Assembly: GCF_001194135.2 (NCBI RefSeq)
Contig: NC_068981.1
Location: 191,688,739 to 191,750,258, forward strand
Reading direction: 5' to 3'
DNA from: Octopus bimaculoides
Taxonomy: Eukaryota
Length of the DNA: 61,520 bases
Within the stretch, counting starts at the first letter, position 1. The number at the start of each line of letters is the position of its first letter. Below, one piece after another: positions 24,091 to 36,806 of the stretch. The notes under the pieces are model-generated. The model was given only the letters and a program-made list of their open reading frames with translations. It had not been told where the DNA came from and searched no databases. Made by a program: the position numbers and the translations under genes.

Positions 24091-24315
24091 GGCACATAAA
24101 AGACACCATTTCGAGCGTGGCCGTTTTCGTGCGGGTGACACGTAAAAGCACCCACTACACTCTCTGAGTGGTTGGCGTTAGGAAGGGCATCCAGCTGTAG
24201 AAACTCTGCCAAATCAGACTGGAGCCTGGTGTTGCCATCCGGTTTCACCAGTCCTCAGTCAAATCGTCCAACCCATGCTAGCATGGAAAGCGGACGTTAA
24301 ACGATGATGATGATA
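24091..24315 (+). mobile_element. Young RTE 3' end (family C) adjacent to an N gap
   Basis: Identical by eye to the reverse complement of 18339-18551; ends acgttaaac(gat)n and abuts SINE A/B at 24316. Confidence 0.92.
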
Positions 24316-24711
24316 TAGGCGCAGGAGTGGCTGTGTGGTAAGTAACTTACTTACCAACCACATGGTTCTGGGTTCACTCCCACTGTGTGGCATCTTGGGC
24401 TGGTGTCTTCTATAGCCTTGTGCCAACCAAAGCCTTGTGAGTGGATTTGGTAGAGGGAAACTGAAAGAAGCCCGTCTTATATATATATATATATATATAT
24501 GTGTTTGTCCTACCACCATCGCTTGACAACTGATGTTGGTGTGTGTACGTCCCCGTAACTTAGCGGTTTGGCAAAAATAGACTGATAGAATAAGTACTAG
24601 GCTTACAAAGAATAAGTCCTGGAGTTGATTTATTCAACTAAAGGTGGTGCTTCAGCATGGTTGCAGTCCAATGACTGAAACAAATAAAAGAATAAAAGAA
24701 AATATATATGG

Positions 24712-25145
24712 AGGCAGGCATGGCTGTGTGGTTAAGAAGCTTGCTTCCCACATGGTTTCAGATTTGGTCTCACTGCGTAGCACCTTTAGCAATTGTCTTC
24801 CATAGCTCTGGGTTGACCAAAGCCTTGAGCAGATTTGTTAGATGAAAGCTGTGTGGAACTTTGCCGGTGACACGTAAAAATACCCATGCCGGTGACACAT
24901 AAAAGGCACCCATGCCAGTGACACATAAAAGATACCCATGCTGGTGATACACAAAAAGCACCTGTACTGGTGATGTGTAGAAGGCACCCATGCCGGTGAC
25001 ATGTAAAAGGCTCTACACTCTTGGAGTGGTTGGAATTAGGGAGGGCATCCAGCTGTAGAAATCATGCCAAATCAGATTAGAACCTGATGCAGCTCTCCAG
25101 CTTACCAGTTCCAGTCAAACTGTCTAACCCATGCCAGCATGGGTT
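24712..25145 (+). mobile_element. Chimeric SINE: head A plus 25-26-nt minisatellite plus RTE (C) tail
   Basis: Head A 24712-24850; about six units of gccggtgacac(g/a)taaaa..cacccat at 24862-25010; then ggagggcatccagctgtagaaa...acccatgccagcat. Confidence 0.75.
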
Positions 25146-26164
25146 AAACTTCATTTATTTATTTATCTATATTATTCAAAAACATTTCACCTAAACCTGG
25201 AGTTTCTACCTTTATAAGTTGGCTGTTACATCCTTGTTACTTGTGTAAATTTTTGCTACCCTGGTAACTATTTTTTTTTTTTTTCTGTGTTATTTGTAAA
25301 CACTAAAAAACACATTTATATATATATAGATATAGACATATCATCATTGTCACATCATCATCATTTAATGTGTGTGTGTGTGTGTCTATGTTTATGTCTT
25401 TCTCTCTTGACATCACATGATTTCCAATATTCTGCAAAAACATGTCTGACAACGGGGAAATACTACCTTGCTTGGAAACAAGTAAGGGTTGGCAGTAAGA
25501 AAAGCATCCATCTTCTAAAAATCTACATCAGTAAACATTGTCTGACCCATGCAAGCATAGAAAAGTGGTTGTTAAAAAGGTGATGATAATGATGATGATG
25601 TACTAATATAAAAAAAATAGCTCAATTGATGTTACAAAAAGAAACAAAAAAAAGCTTACTCTGTTAATTACTTTACCTAACGCCTCACAAAGTTCGTACT
25701 TATTAATTCAGACAGGCTAATTACATTTATTTTTGTCAGAATTAGAATGGAGAAATATAATTAATACTTGGCATAAATCAGAAATTCTGAGAAACCTTAT
25801 AGAAATCTAGCAATTGTATTGGAAAGTTTTTGTGCAGTTTGATCTAATAACAGTTTGAAAATATAGAATTAAAAATATCTTATGTTTCCACATTTCTATA
25901 CTTTGTCACAAGCTATTGAGTCACTCTGCATTTTTTTTTATAGAAGGCTTCTTCACATCTGGTGAGTTGTCATTTGGTAGATTTGCTTTAAGAAAACAGG
26001 TGTTAACTGTAGTAGTCATACGATGGCTGATGATAGGTCTAATAAGTTGTAGATTGTGGTTTGAGGGAGATTTAGCTGATATTTATAGCAGGTCAAATGA
26101 TCATTTAGTAGCTGTCCTCTTTGTTTTGTATCATGCTGTGGGTGGTATTTTGAGAAAGCAGAGA

Positions 26165-26515
26165 GGTCATCGTCATCATCATTTAATGTCTGTTTTTGAT
26201 ACTGGCATGGGTTGGACAGTTTGACAGGAGCTAGCAAGACCAGGAGCTGCTCCAAGTTCCATTGTTTGTTTTGGTATAGTTTCTACAGCTGGATGTTGTT
26301 CCTAACACCAATCATTTTACTAAGTGTAGTGGGTGATTTTTCTGTGGTACCATTGCCAGTACTTTTTACGTGGCACCATTGGCAGGGCTTTTTGTGTGGC
26401 ACCATCACCAGTGCTTTTTGTGTGGCACCATCACCAGTGCTTTATATGTGGCACCATCACCAGTGCTTTTTGTGTGGCACCATCACCAGTGCTTTTTGTG
26501 TGGCACCATCACCAT
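26165..26515 (-). mobile_element. RTE 3' end (family C) with an expanded 26-nt minisatellite
   Basis: Five near-perfect units gctttttgtgtggcaccatcaccagt at 26387-26514 plus two degenerate units. Confidence 0.85.
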
Positions 26516-26518
26516 TGC

Positions 26519-27632
26519 ATGGGTGAAATATGTACAAATATCACACTTCAAGGAGAAACATATGCAGCAAAAATATTCGTTGTGGAGAAGACAATCAATC
26601 TATATGGTACATATTGGTTGGAGTTATTTGACTTATGGCACTTCCCTATAAGTCTTTACTGCAAAAACATAAATGGTTGTCCCGTTAAAATTAAATCATC
26701 TGAGGAATTGAAGAGAAAATTGAAAAAGATGTTTCCTCAAGTACTATTGGAAGACTTAGCTCTATGCAAAAAGACTGAAGCCTGCTTTCAAGTAAGTGAA
26801 AACACTGTGCCTGTATTTAAATCTAACAGAAAAGTGCTGTTCATGGCAATTGAAATCGTAAATGAAGATTTGGACAGACTGGAAAAGAGTGGATTACTCT
26901 AAGTAGGCAAGCGCCCACGGAATGCATTAAAAAGAAAGATAATAAGATTAGGCAGTGTGCCAATTTCTCTATGGAATTGAACGATTGCTTAAAGACATGC
27001 CACCATCCACTCCTGACTCCAGAGGACATTTTTGCAAAATTAAATGGTGGAAAAATTTTCTCAAAATTGGATCTGATACTTATTTACAGATTGAAGCAAA
27101 TGACAAATGCTCAAAGTATCTAACAATAAATACACACAGAGGATTGTACAGACATACCTGGTTATCTTTTGGATTAAAGGTTGCACCGGCAGTATTTCAG
27201 CAAATCATGGGCACTATGTTATCTGATTGAGAATTTGCAATCCCTTATTTGGATGATACATTGATTAAGAGTGATTTGCATGAACTGCATGTGGGGTATA
27301 TAAAAGCTGTGTTCAAGAAAATTAAAGAGTACGGCTTCACTTTGAGTCGAGAAAAATGCAAATTCTTTTTGCCTCAAATTAAGTACTTAGGGCAAATAAT
27401 TAATGAAAATGGTTGACAGCCTGACCCGTTGAGGGCAGATGCAATAAAGAATATGCCTGCTCCAACAAATATACCAACGTTACAAGCATTTCTTGAGCTG
27501 GCAAACTACTGCCAAAACTACATTCCTAACATGCACAAATTAAGAGTTCCATTAAATGACTTAAGAAAGGAAGTAAAGTGGAATTGGTCAGTTAAATGCC
27601 AAAATGCATTTGAAGAAATAAAAAAAAAAATG
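26519..27632 (+). mobile_element. Ty3/Gypsy pol remnant (protease end, RT, start of connection region); Mag-like by inference
   Basis: NLYGTYWLELFDLW; VNEDLDRLEKSG; KYLTINTHRGLYR...FGLKVAPAVFQQIM; YLDD at 27245-27256; KCKFFLPQIKYLG; LQAFLELANY; WNWSVKCQNAFEEIK. Stops and frameshifts present; no LTR seen. Confidence 0.92.
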
Positions 27633-28029
27633 GCGTGACAGAAATGGTAGAGTATCTGGTTTAATATGCCATACCATATTTAGGTTCTGAGTTAAAAATC
27701 ATACTGGGTAGAAAAAATATGTACTAGATATACTCTAGGGTTGATTCAGTTACCTATATTATTTTGTTACAAATTTAGAGTCTTGTATATTATTAGAATT
27801 GTATATAGTCACTTCTGAAACTTTGGCATATTTCTGTCAAGTATTATCAAATTTTATTTCGTTGGCTATCTAATAATATAACATGAAATTGTCATACAGA
27901 AACTGAAATATTTGTAAAACCATCTGATAAGATAGGAAAATTGAGATATTCTGTGGACCTTTATAGTTGTCATCACTGTCAGCTAGATATCCTTATATAG
28001 CACTGCTCACAATGTACTTCCATTCCTCT

Positions 28030-28260
28030 CTTGATTGCATTCTTCTCTTCCATTTGGAACTCAACTTTTTGGGCTACCATCTTCCCATCATTTTTACCGT
28101 CTTCTGACTAGTCTCTTATCTCTTGGATATCATATTACAACTGAATGGATCTACTTACCTGTCTGTGGACCTTGCAATATTTCTGGCTTGGTGGAACTTT
28201 GTGCTTTTAGTATTCCATGATCACTTTGTTCACTCCTCTCTCTTTGTTTTGGATATGTTC
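28030..28260 (-). mobile_element. RTE-type ORF C-terminal remnant
   Basis: EHIQNKE..GV..VIMEY, QARNIARSTDR, and V.*YPRDKR...RR*K*WEDG match the WAGHIAR / WYPR..KR..GRP.KRWED pattern. Confidence 0.6.
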
Positions 28261-31200
28261 CTAGATTAAAAGTGGATACATGTTAAATAATAAAAGTAAT
28301 GTGATTAATGCTGTTGGAAAATAAATAAGTGGTACAGACAAATGAAGGTACCCTGTGAGATTACACTTCCTAAGAGAAAGAGCAGCCGAATCTCCCTCAA
28401 ATTAGTTAATAATAGAAAAGATGACATAACATTTTAAAAGTCAATGTTTATGAGTGAATTTTTATTTGAATAGCTTTGGATTATAAATCAGTTTAATCTA
28501 GAATGACTAAGATAAGCAATGTCTAAGAGAAAACTAGGGCTATTCAATGGTTGCAACACAGTGGATCATAGATCTGCTTAATCAGGAATGACCTAGGGCT
28601 GAATAAGAACAAGAACAAAGTGAATGATGGCCATTTAATGAAATGTGTTTCCTTATGAATTGGAGATAAAAGAATGTCAAAAGTTACAACCCAGGGAGAC
28701 ATCAAAGTAGATGGCAACAGATATATATATTACATCAATTTCTTTCTTTTCCTGTTTTCTTTGAATTTTTCTTTTCATCTCATATGCAACTGGCTCTATC
28801 TGTGTACCTAACGATTCTTATCCAAACCAATGAGGGAGTCATTGTGCTGCCACTTATCTTTTAGAAATAGTAGCCAAATCTTCCTCAGATTGCACCATAT
28901 TGGCTTCAAAAAATAATTGATTAGCTGTTCATTGATGGAATGCTTTTGATCATTGGTTTGGTCAATCAGGACTGACCTGTACTGTTGAAACATAAGAATG
29001 TAGTATTGGTTATATATCCAGTTTGAATTATATATGCTAAGGAAGGAATTGCAAAGGGGTATTTCCAGCTTCCTTCTATTTTTAGTTAATATACTGAAAT
29101 CATTGATTTATGGTTTTAATAGTGTTATTGTAAATTTGAGATAATTTTAACCTTTATTTTATAAGTAATATTAATAAAATGATTGGAATGTATTTGCAAT
29201 TAACACCAAACCCTTATTTATAAGCCTCTTATCTTCAGCTTTCAAATACCCATGCCTAATATGGATGCACTATATGCTGTATAATATATGGAATCCTTTT
29301 TCTTCAGAAAGGCTGTCTTTTAAGTCAGCAAATGCAGCAAATTAGATATACTTTTACATCAAACTAATGCTGTTACAATAGATCTAAAATTAGAGCAGCA
29401 TATTTGATTTTGTTATGTAATACTCTTAAGGTACTGTAGTAATATAGAAAGTGTTAGTATTGTTGCACTCACTGTATAGCAAAAGGTATGTTTTTGGTTG
29501 ATACTGTAATGTGGTTTCAATTCCCAGTTGAAACTATTACATTTCACCTAAACAACTATTCCCCTTGGAAAAGACATGAACATCTTTTCCTTCTCTCATA
29601 ATATTTTGAGACTTCTTAGCTTTTTAAAAAAATATTATTAAAATCCTGAATTACTTTCATTGCAGTGTAGTGAAAAGAAAACAGAAGCATCAGACCAAAA
29701 GATTTTCTAAGTTTGAAATTTAACATTTGCTTTTTGTCCCATCAGTTGATAGATTATGTACCAGGTCAGTTCTATTATCTGTGTGCCCCACAAATTTGTA
29801 ACCTTGTAGCAATATGAAAAATCAAGACAGTGGAGTGGCAAAAATTGTAGGGTGCCAGATTTTAATATCTTTCAAAAGCCATAAACGACTTTGTCATTCA
29901 TAGCTGTGTTCTATAAAATACCAGGCATGAACTGGGATCACTTGAACTGACTATACCCTTTGACCTACACATTTGTGGCTTCTTGCCAATGCAAGAAATT
30001 ATTGTTGTTCTTGTAAAAAAATGATGGATAATTTCCAAAAATCTTTATCCTTGCATTAGTGTAGGGTCAAATGTGTTCTTTTATTTTAATGAATCTATTT
30101 ATATTTTTATATTATGAAATATATATTTCTTTCTAACCACATTTCTGATTTCTCATCAATTCTGTATAATTAATGGATAATGGATGGCGGTTGGTTGGCA
30201 GAATCATTTTAATGTCAAGCTAAAATGCTTTGCAGTATTTCTTCTGGTTGTTCACATTCTAACTTAAAATTCTGCTGAGGTCAACTTTGCCTTTCATCCT
30301 TCTAAGATCATGAAAATAAAGTACCAGTCAAGTACTGGGGTTGGTTTGTCTTATTCCCCTCAAGCCTTATTTCTAATTTAGAAACAGTAGTAGATTGAAT
30401 AAAATGCTTATCAGCATTTCTTCCAACTCATACATTCTATGATTTCAAATCCAAATGAAATCAGCTTTACCTGTCATCCTTTCAGGGTCAATAAAGTACA
30501 AGTCTAAGTATTGAGGTCAATGTAATAAATTAATCTCACCCCTGCAAAATTGTTGGCCTTGTGCATCATCATCATTTTACAGCTGTTTTCCATGCTGGCA
30601 TTGGTTGGACAGGTTGACAGTAACTGGCAAGTTAGAAGACTGCACCAAGCTATGCAGTCTGCTTTGGCATGGTTTCTGTAGCTGGATGTCTTTCTTAATG
30701 CCAACCACTATACAGTGTACTGGGTGCTTTTTGTGTGGCACCAGAAGCAGTGAGGTCACCAAGTAACTTCCAGGAAAAATTCCTCAACTGGGGATAGTTT
30801 ATTGAGGGACAGGAAAAGGTATCTTGCATTATGCTCTGAGTTTGAATGCTATCGTAGTTGACTTTGCTTTTCATCCTTTCGGGATTGATAAAGTACTGGG
30901 GTCAATTTAATTGACTTATCCCCTCCCTATAACTTGCTGGCTTTGTGCCAAAATTTGAAATCATCATTATTATTATTGAGTGAGAGAGCAATACATACCT
31001 TCACAGTGACACTGGGGTACAAATATACAAAGCCCAATTGATGCATGCGATGTAATAATTTCTCATGCCTATTTTATTACCAGTCAGTCTGTATCAAATT
31101 TTCATTATGAGGTTAACAAAAAACTAAGGTTTTTCATTATAGTCATCATCCGTTTTTACAAAGCTTAGGTAGATATGCCTCATCATGTTTGATTTTCTAT

Positions 31201-32255
31201 GCTTTAATAAGTTGTTCAAAGGTTCTAAACCATCATTCTCTAGGGTCTAACATTCCCTAGGGTTCAACATTCCAACATCTGGTATCAATCCTTCATGAAT
31301 CTGTCTGCCAAAGATGCACATACCGTCAGCCATTAAGGGACATGCTCAGCTGGTGAAGGTCAAGCAACTGAGAAGCATATCTGTGGTGTTGAGCAGAATA
31401 TTTGCTGCATATTGTTTTTTTACTCCAAGAAGTGTTAACATGTATGTGTTTCAAGCACATGTTAACACTTCCAATTGTGGTATTTCTTCTGGCTCATTAC
31501 ATTCTGAGCTCAAATCTCACAGAGGACAACTTTGTCTTTCATCCTTTCAGGGTTGATAAAATAAGCACTAGTCAAGTACTGTAATTGACTAGCTTGTTCC
31601 CCCTAAAATTGCTGGCCTTTTATCAGAATTAGAAAATATTATTATTATTGTTGTGTTATTATTATTATTATGGTTCCTTTACACACAGAATATAGCACTA
31701 TGTTATACTAGCATACATCAGCTAATGTTATTGATGCTCATTTTTGAAAAAATTATTATACATTTAAACAATCGTACTTATACCTTTTCTCTGCAGCCAT
31801 TGCAAATTCTCTGCATTTCACACACATTATTATGCAGCATCACTTTTCTAATAGATGCACCATACAATCTGCCTTTTATATGGTGGAGGAAATCCTTCTC
31901 TACCATTAGAGATATCTTGAACTTCTTCCGTCACTTTCTTACCTTAGATAGTAATTTCACTACCATTATCTTAAACATTGTGTCATGCAGCAAAAACTAT
32001 CAATTGGCATATTTCTGTGTGCACTTGGGATCTTTTCTTGGTCTCTCAATTTAACCTATTGTCTATAATCTGCAATATGAAGTAAATAATGCTATTGTTG
32101 TGTTCAATATACAACAAAAAGTATACATTATTTTTCTGCTAAAAGTATGTTATTGTATAGCTGTGCTTGTTTGGCAGTTAGGTTAGTGGGTATCAAATAA
32201 ATGGAGAACACACTACTCTCATTTTTATAAACTTATATTTTTAGACTTATGTTAT

Positions 32256-32304
32256 AGTCACATTATTTCAGTCATTTTACCCTCCAGCCTTCTTCAGGTG
32301 CTTG
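32256..32304 (-). ncRNA. Second, degenerate copy of the hammerhead-bearing Penelope-type segment
   Basis: Reverse complement cacctgaagaaggctggagggta matches 144-166 at 22/23; GAAA follows, but stems II and III are broken. Confidence 0.5.
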
Positions 32305-32454
32305 TTGTATTTGGTATTGTTTTCAGCATTTGGAACAGAGTCCTTTATTAAATCCACAGGGCAGATTGTTCATATAAGCTACTGGGTGTAAGTTCAATCT
32401 CTGGATCATTGAAGCTAGATATATTCTGGTTGAAATGCAACAAATTAGCAACAT

Positions 32455-33925
32455 CACATTATCATCATCATCATCATCGTTTAGCATCTGCTTTCCATGC
32501 TGGCATGGGTTGGACAGTTTGATTGAGGATTGGCAAGCCAGAAGGCTGCATCAGGCTCCAATCTGATCTGGCAAGGTTTCTATTGCTAGATGCTCTTCCT
32601 AACACCAACCACTCCAAGAGTGTAATGGGTGCTTTTGACATGTCACTGGCATGAGGACCAGTCAGGTGGCACTAGCATTGACTACGCTCAAATGGAGCTT
32701 TTAACGTGCCACCAGCATGGGAGCCAGTCAGACAGCACTGGCATAACCACGCTCGAATGGTGCTTTTTGCATGCTACAGGCACGGGTGCCAGTCAGGCAG
32801 CACTGGCATCAGCCACAACTATGATTTCTTTTGACTCAACAGGTCTTCTCAAGCCCAGCATATTGCCTGACGATTGAAGGGTATTTTTAAATGGGCCAGT
32901 TATGCGACACTGGCATCAGCCATGGCTACGATCTCATTTGGCTTGCTGGGTCTTCTCAAGCATAGCATATCTCCAAAGGTCTCTGTCACTTGTCATTGTC
33001 TCTGTGAGGCCCAACATTCAAAAGTTGTGCTTCACCACCTCATCCCATACTTCACACAGCTGTCCTCATCCATACGCAACATATAAGCATACCAGTGCAG
33101 TCGTCTCTCTTGCACATCACATCTGATGCTTCTTATGTCCAACTTTTCTCTCAGGGTGCTTACACTCTGTCGTGTATGTACACTGACATTACACATCCAG
33201 CGGAACATACTAGTTTCATTTCTTTGAAGCCTATGCATGTCCTCAGCAATCACAGCCTATGTTTCACTGCCATGTAGCATGACTGTTAGGACACAGGCAT
33301 CATGCAGTCTGCTTTGAGAGGCCCTTGTGAGAGGCCCTGAGTGCCTTGTGAGAGGCCCTTGAGAGGCTCTTTGTTACCAGCAGAGATATGAGCTCTGTGA
33401 ACTTTGCTCAGGCTATTCTTATTCTAGCAGCTATGTTCTTAGAGTATCCACCTCTGCTACTGACCTGGTCACCTAAGTAACGGAAGCTATCAACTACTTT
33501 TAGTTTTTCCCCTTGGCATGTGATGGAATGTGTTTTCTATGCATCTTTGGTGTTTATTGCCCCTGTGCATCTGCCACACACAAAAACTATCTTTCCAGTT
33601 TTATCTTCCTTTGATATTGCTGCACCTCTTATGTGTCCATAGCTTACACTAGTTACATCTTATGGAGTTTCTACCTATGCCTTTACTACAGATTGAGCAG
33701 AGTCATCTACTTGAAGGGATTTGTGATTTGTCTGCCTTCCTACTTACTAAGACTTTGGTTTTTACTAGATTGACTCTAAGGCCCTTCGATTCTAGATCTT
33801 GCTTCCACACCTGAAACTTCTCTAGTTCTGGCAGTGACTCAGCTATTAGAGCAGGAGTAGAATAAGTGTTATCCCTGGCATATGGGCATCAGAGTGAGAA
33901 TAATCTGCTCAGTGGATTTACTAAG
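32455..33925 (-). mobile_element. RTE LINE, 5'-truncated: RT C-terminal half, full 3' UTR and (GAT)n tail
   Basis: LIAES...FQVWKQDLESKGLRVNL; VVDSFRYLGDQV; RLQRNETSMFRWMC...RRLHWY; the UTR is family C. This links family C to an RTE parent. Confidence 0.9.
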
Positions 33926-34053
33926 CGGCTTGGTTTCAAATTCCAAGAATATTACTGAATGTGGCAGTACTAGAAGACTGTAAGAGGAATGCAATGGCCA
34001 AAACTTTGTGGCTGCAACCACAAAAATGAGAATGGTAGTCTAAATATATCAGT

Positions 34054-34108
<55 letters not shown>

Positions 34109-34737
34109 TATGTAGTTCTAATAATTTTCTCATCCCAACAAAATCAACATTGATTTGTTGGATAAGTAATATGAACTTGAAAAATTAGTTGAGAAAGTAC
34201 CCTAATACCAAAAGCTGACATATTCAGGAGAAATATTTGTCTCTTGTGGATGTAAAATGTAAAGAAATGTTTAAAAAAAGTGGTGAAGGAATATGTGGTA
34301 AAAGAAACCAGATATTGATTTGAGTCTATATAGTTAGAAGATAAGGTTTTTCAGAGGATATACCAAATCTAGATGAATGGAAAGCTGTAATATAGATCCT
34401 TCTAAATCCTACTTACATGAAAAAAAAATCAATATTAATTTGACAGTGCTGTAACTTACTCATATTTGTGTAATATGGTGGCAATTTGATGTGCATTCAA
34501 AGATTAAATGAATTGCTAAGATCTGCTGGATTGAATTGTTCATATTGAGGATTGAGAATTACACGAACTGTTCTTTGTTAGGAAGACAGTTAACATGATC
34601 AATGTGTATGTGGTGGGGTAGGGTGGTGTGTGTGTGGGAGGGTTAAATGTGAGCTAGGTAAGTGGGTTAATGGTGTGTGTCAACTAAAATGGTAAAGGGG
34701 TGAAAATTGACCTAAAATGATAGATATTGAGTAATGA

Positions 34738-35125
34738 TCATCGTCATCATCATTTAACGTCTGCTTTCCATGCTAGCATGGGTTGGATGATTTGACTGAG
34801 GACTGGCGAACCAGATGGCTGCACCAGGCTCCAATCTGATCTGGCAGAGTTTCTACAGCTGGATGCCCTTCCAAATGCCAACCACTCCGAGAATGTAGTG
34901 GGTGCTTTTACGTGCCACTGGCATGAGGGCCAGTCAAGCGGTACTGGCAACAGCCAATGGTGTTTTTTACGTGCAACCTACATAGGAGCCAGTCCAGCGG
35001 CACTGGCAATGACCTCGTTCAAATGTTTTTTCACGTGCCAGTAAGGCGATGCTGGTAACGATCACGCTCAAATGGTGCTTTTTAGATGCCACCAGCACAG
35101 AAGCCAGACAGCTGCTCTGGCAAAC
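34738..35125 (-). mobile_element. RTE 3' end (family C), moderately young
   Basis: Near-consensus 3' end plus the array of gtgcttttacgtgccac units. Further copies: 19485-19640(+), 30563-30780(-), 43615-43805(+), 54145-54335(+). Confidence 0.9.
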
Positions 35126-36519
35126 GTCTTTTCATCATGCCAGCTTGGAAAATTGAAAATAAATACACCCAAGCTTTGATAGACCTATTCATAAATCTCT
35201 TAAATATATTTTAAATCTTTAAATATCTATGGAATATATTGTAGCATTTAGGTGCAGGCATGGCTGTGTGGTTCAAAACTTTTCTTTGCAACCGTTTGGT
35301 TTTAGGTTTAGTCCCACTGTCTGGTACCTTAGGTAAGTGTCTTCTATTATACTCTCAAGCTGATCAAAGCCTTGTGAGTGGATTTGGCAGATGAGAACTG
35401 AAAGAAGACTGTAATTATATAATGTGTGTATGTGAGGGAGAAGTGTATGGATGTTAATGTTTCCATCATAATGTTTCCAGGAATTTGTATATATATTTTT
35501 GTTAAATTGGAAATACTCATGTAACATTGAAAAATAACCAGATATTTTTATCAAATGTAAATTTTTTTGCTGAGAAGGGTAAACATAATAAAGTTTCCAG
35601 AAAGCCAGGCATATCTTGTGGATTCTCTTTTCTCATATCTTACTTTTACTATCTTATTCCTACATGTAATTATTCCACTTCACCTTTTTTTGTTAATTTT
35701 TTTTTTACATATGCATAAGCATCGCAACCCATGATTCTCCTTCCTTTAAATTCATCATAGCTAATCATCTGTTAATAACTAGTTTGGTTTCTCAAATGGT
35801 GACCAATAGAGTCTATTTAATACATGTGCACGAGCTAAATAATATATTGATTGATATTAAGAACTAATTTATCTTAATATTAGCGTACTTGAAGTCGTAA
35901 TTTTACTTTGTGTACTATCAAATTTGGAAGAGTGGTATTAAATTAAGAGGATGTGTTAAATCAAAATGTCTGAAAACAAATATATAGCAGAGATGAAAAT
36001 ATTCAGTCTATGGCAAAGATTCACACATTTCACTTACAACACAGTAGACATGCTTGTTATGTAGAGAGGGAGTAACTTGGAATTCAGCACTGTTGTCTGC
36101 AATGCAACTTAAGGGGCAGAACAGAGATGTAATGAGATATTTAAATGACTGAGAGAAAGAATCGGTATTCTTTCAGTGCACCAAATAAATGAATGCAGCT
36201 GTCAGAATGTGTACTATGTCTTTAATGGTTATAGATTGTTGTTCACTTGAATCATAAACCAGGCAATGTAATCAGTGTAGGGTGTAGATTTGGTTGTGGT
36301 GAGAGATAGTAATCTTAAATATTCATCTTGGCTGGAATATATTTTGGGATAATAAAATATTTTTGTACACTTGTTTTGACCTAGAAAGAAATGAATAAAA
36401 ATTTCTAAATGGGTAATGAGAATTTGATGAATAAACTGAAAATGTATGAGCTGAGAAAATATAGATGAATAATAATAATAGGTTGCTCAGTTATATTGTT
36501 AAAATGGAGAGGAAATTTG

Positions 36520-36577
<58 letters not shown>

Positions 36578-36640
36578 TACCACTATGTTGAGAGAATCCA
36601 TCAGAAAGAGAAGCATGCTCTAGGTTATAGAACAATAGAG

Positions 36641-36806
36641 TATTTAGAGAAAGATAGTTAAGGCTGGTTCATAGGGTTATGCCGAGTTTCACATCCATAA
36701 AGCCACTGGCCTAGGGTCTGACAAGATGTATGTAAAGCTAAGCACTTTACGGACACAAAACTTTGGGTAACTCTATGAACTGGCCATAACTATCTTTCTC
36801 TAAATA
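36641..36806. mobile_element. 166-bp hairpin MITE with 39-bp inverted arms
   Basis: 36641-36679 versus reverse complement of 36768-36806 match at 35/39; both ends begin with TA, consistent with a Tc1/mariner-type TA duplication. Confidence 0.75.

Noticed and set aside
24316-24395. tRNA gene
   Set aside because: A and B boxes are present but there is no full cloverleaf; it continues into SINE body and recurs many times.
24862-25010. CRISPR-like regular repeats
   Set aside because: Contiguous minisatellite units without unique spacers, inside a eukaryotic retroposon.
26333-26902. 189-aa ORF, the longest gap-free ORF in the track
   Set aside because: Chimera of the RTE minisatellite read antisense and the Gypsy pol remnant.
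31653-32054. 133-aa hydrophobic ORF
   Set aside because: Antisense of an RTE RT remnant (KGRLYGASIRKVMLH on the minus strand).
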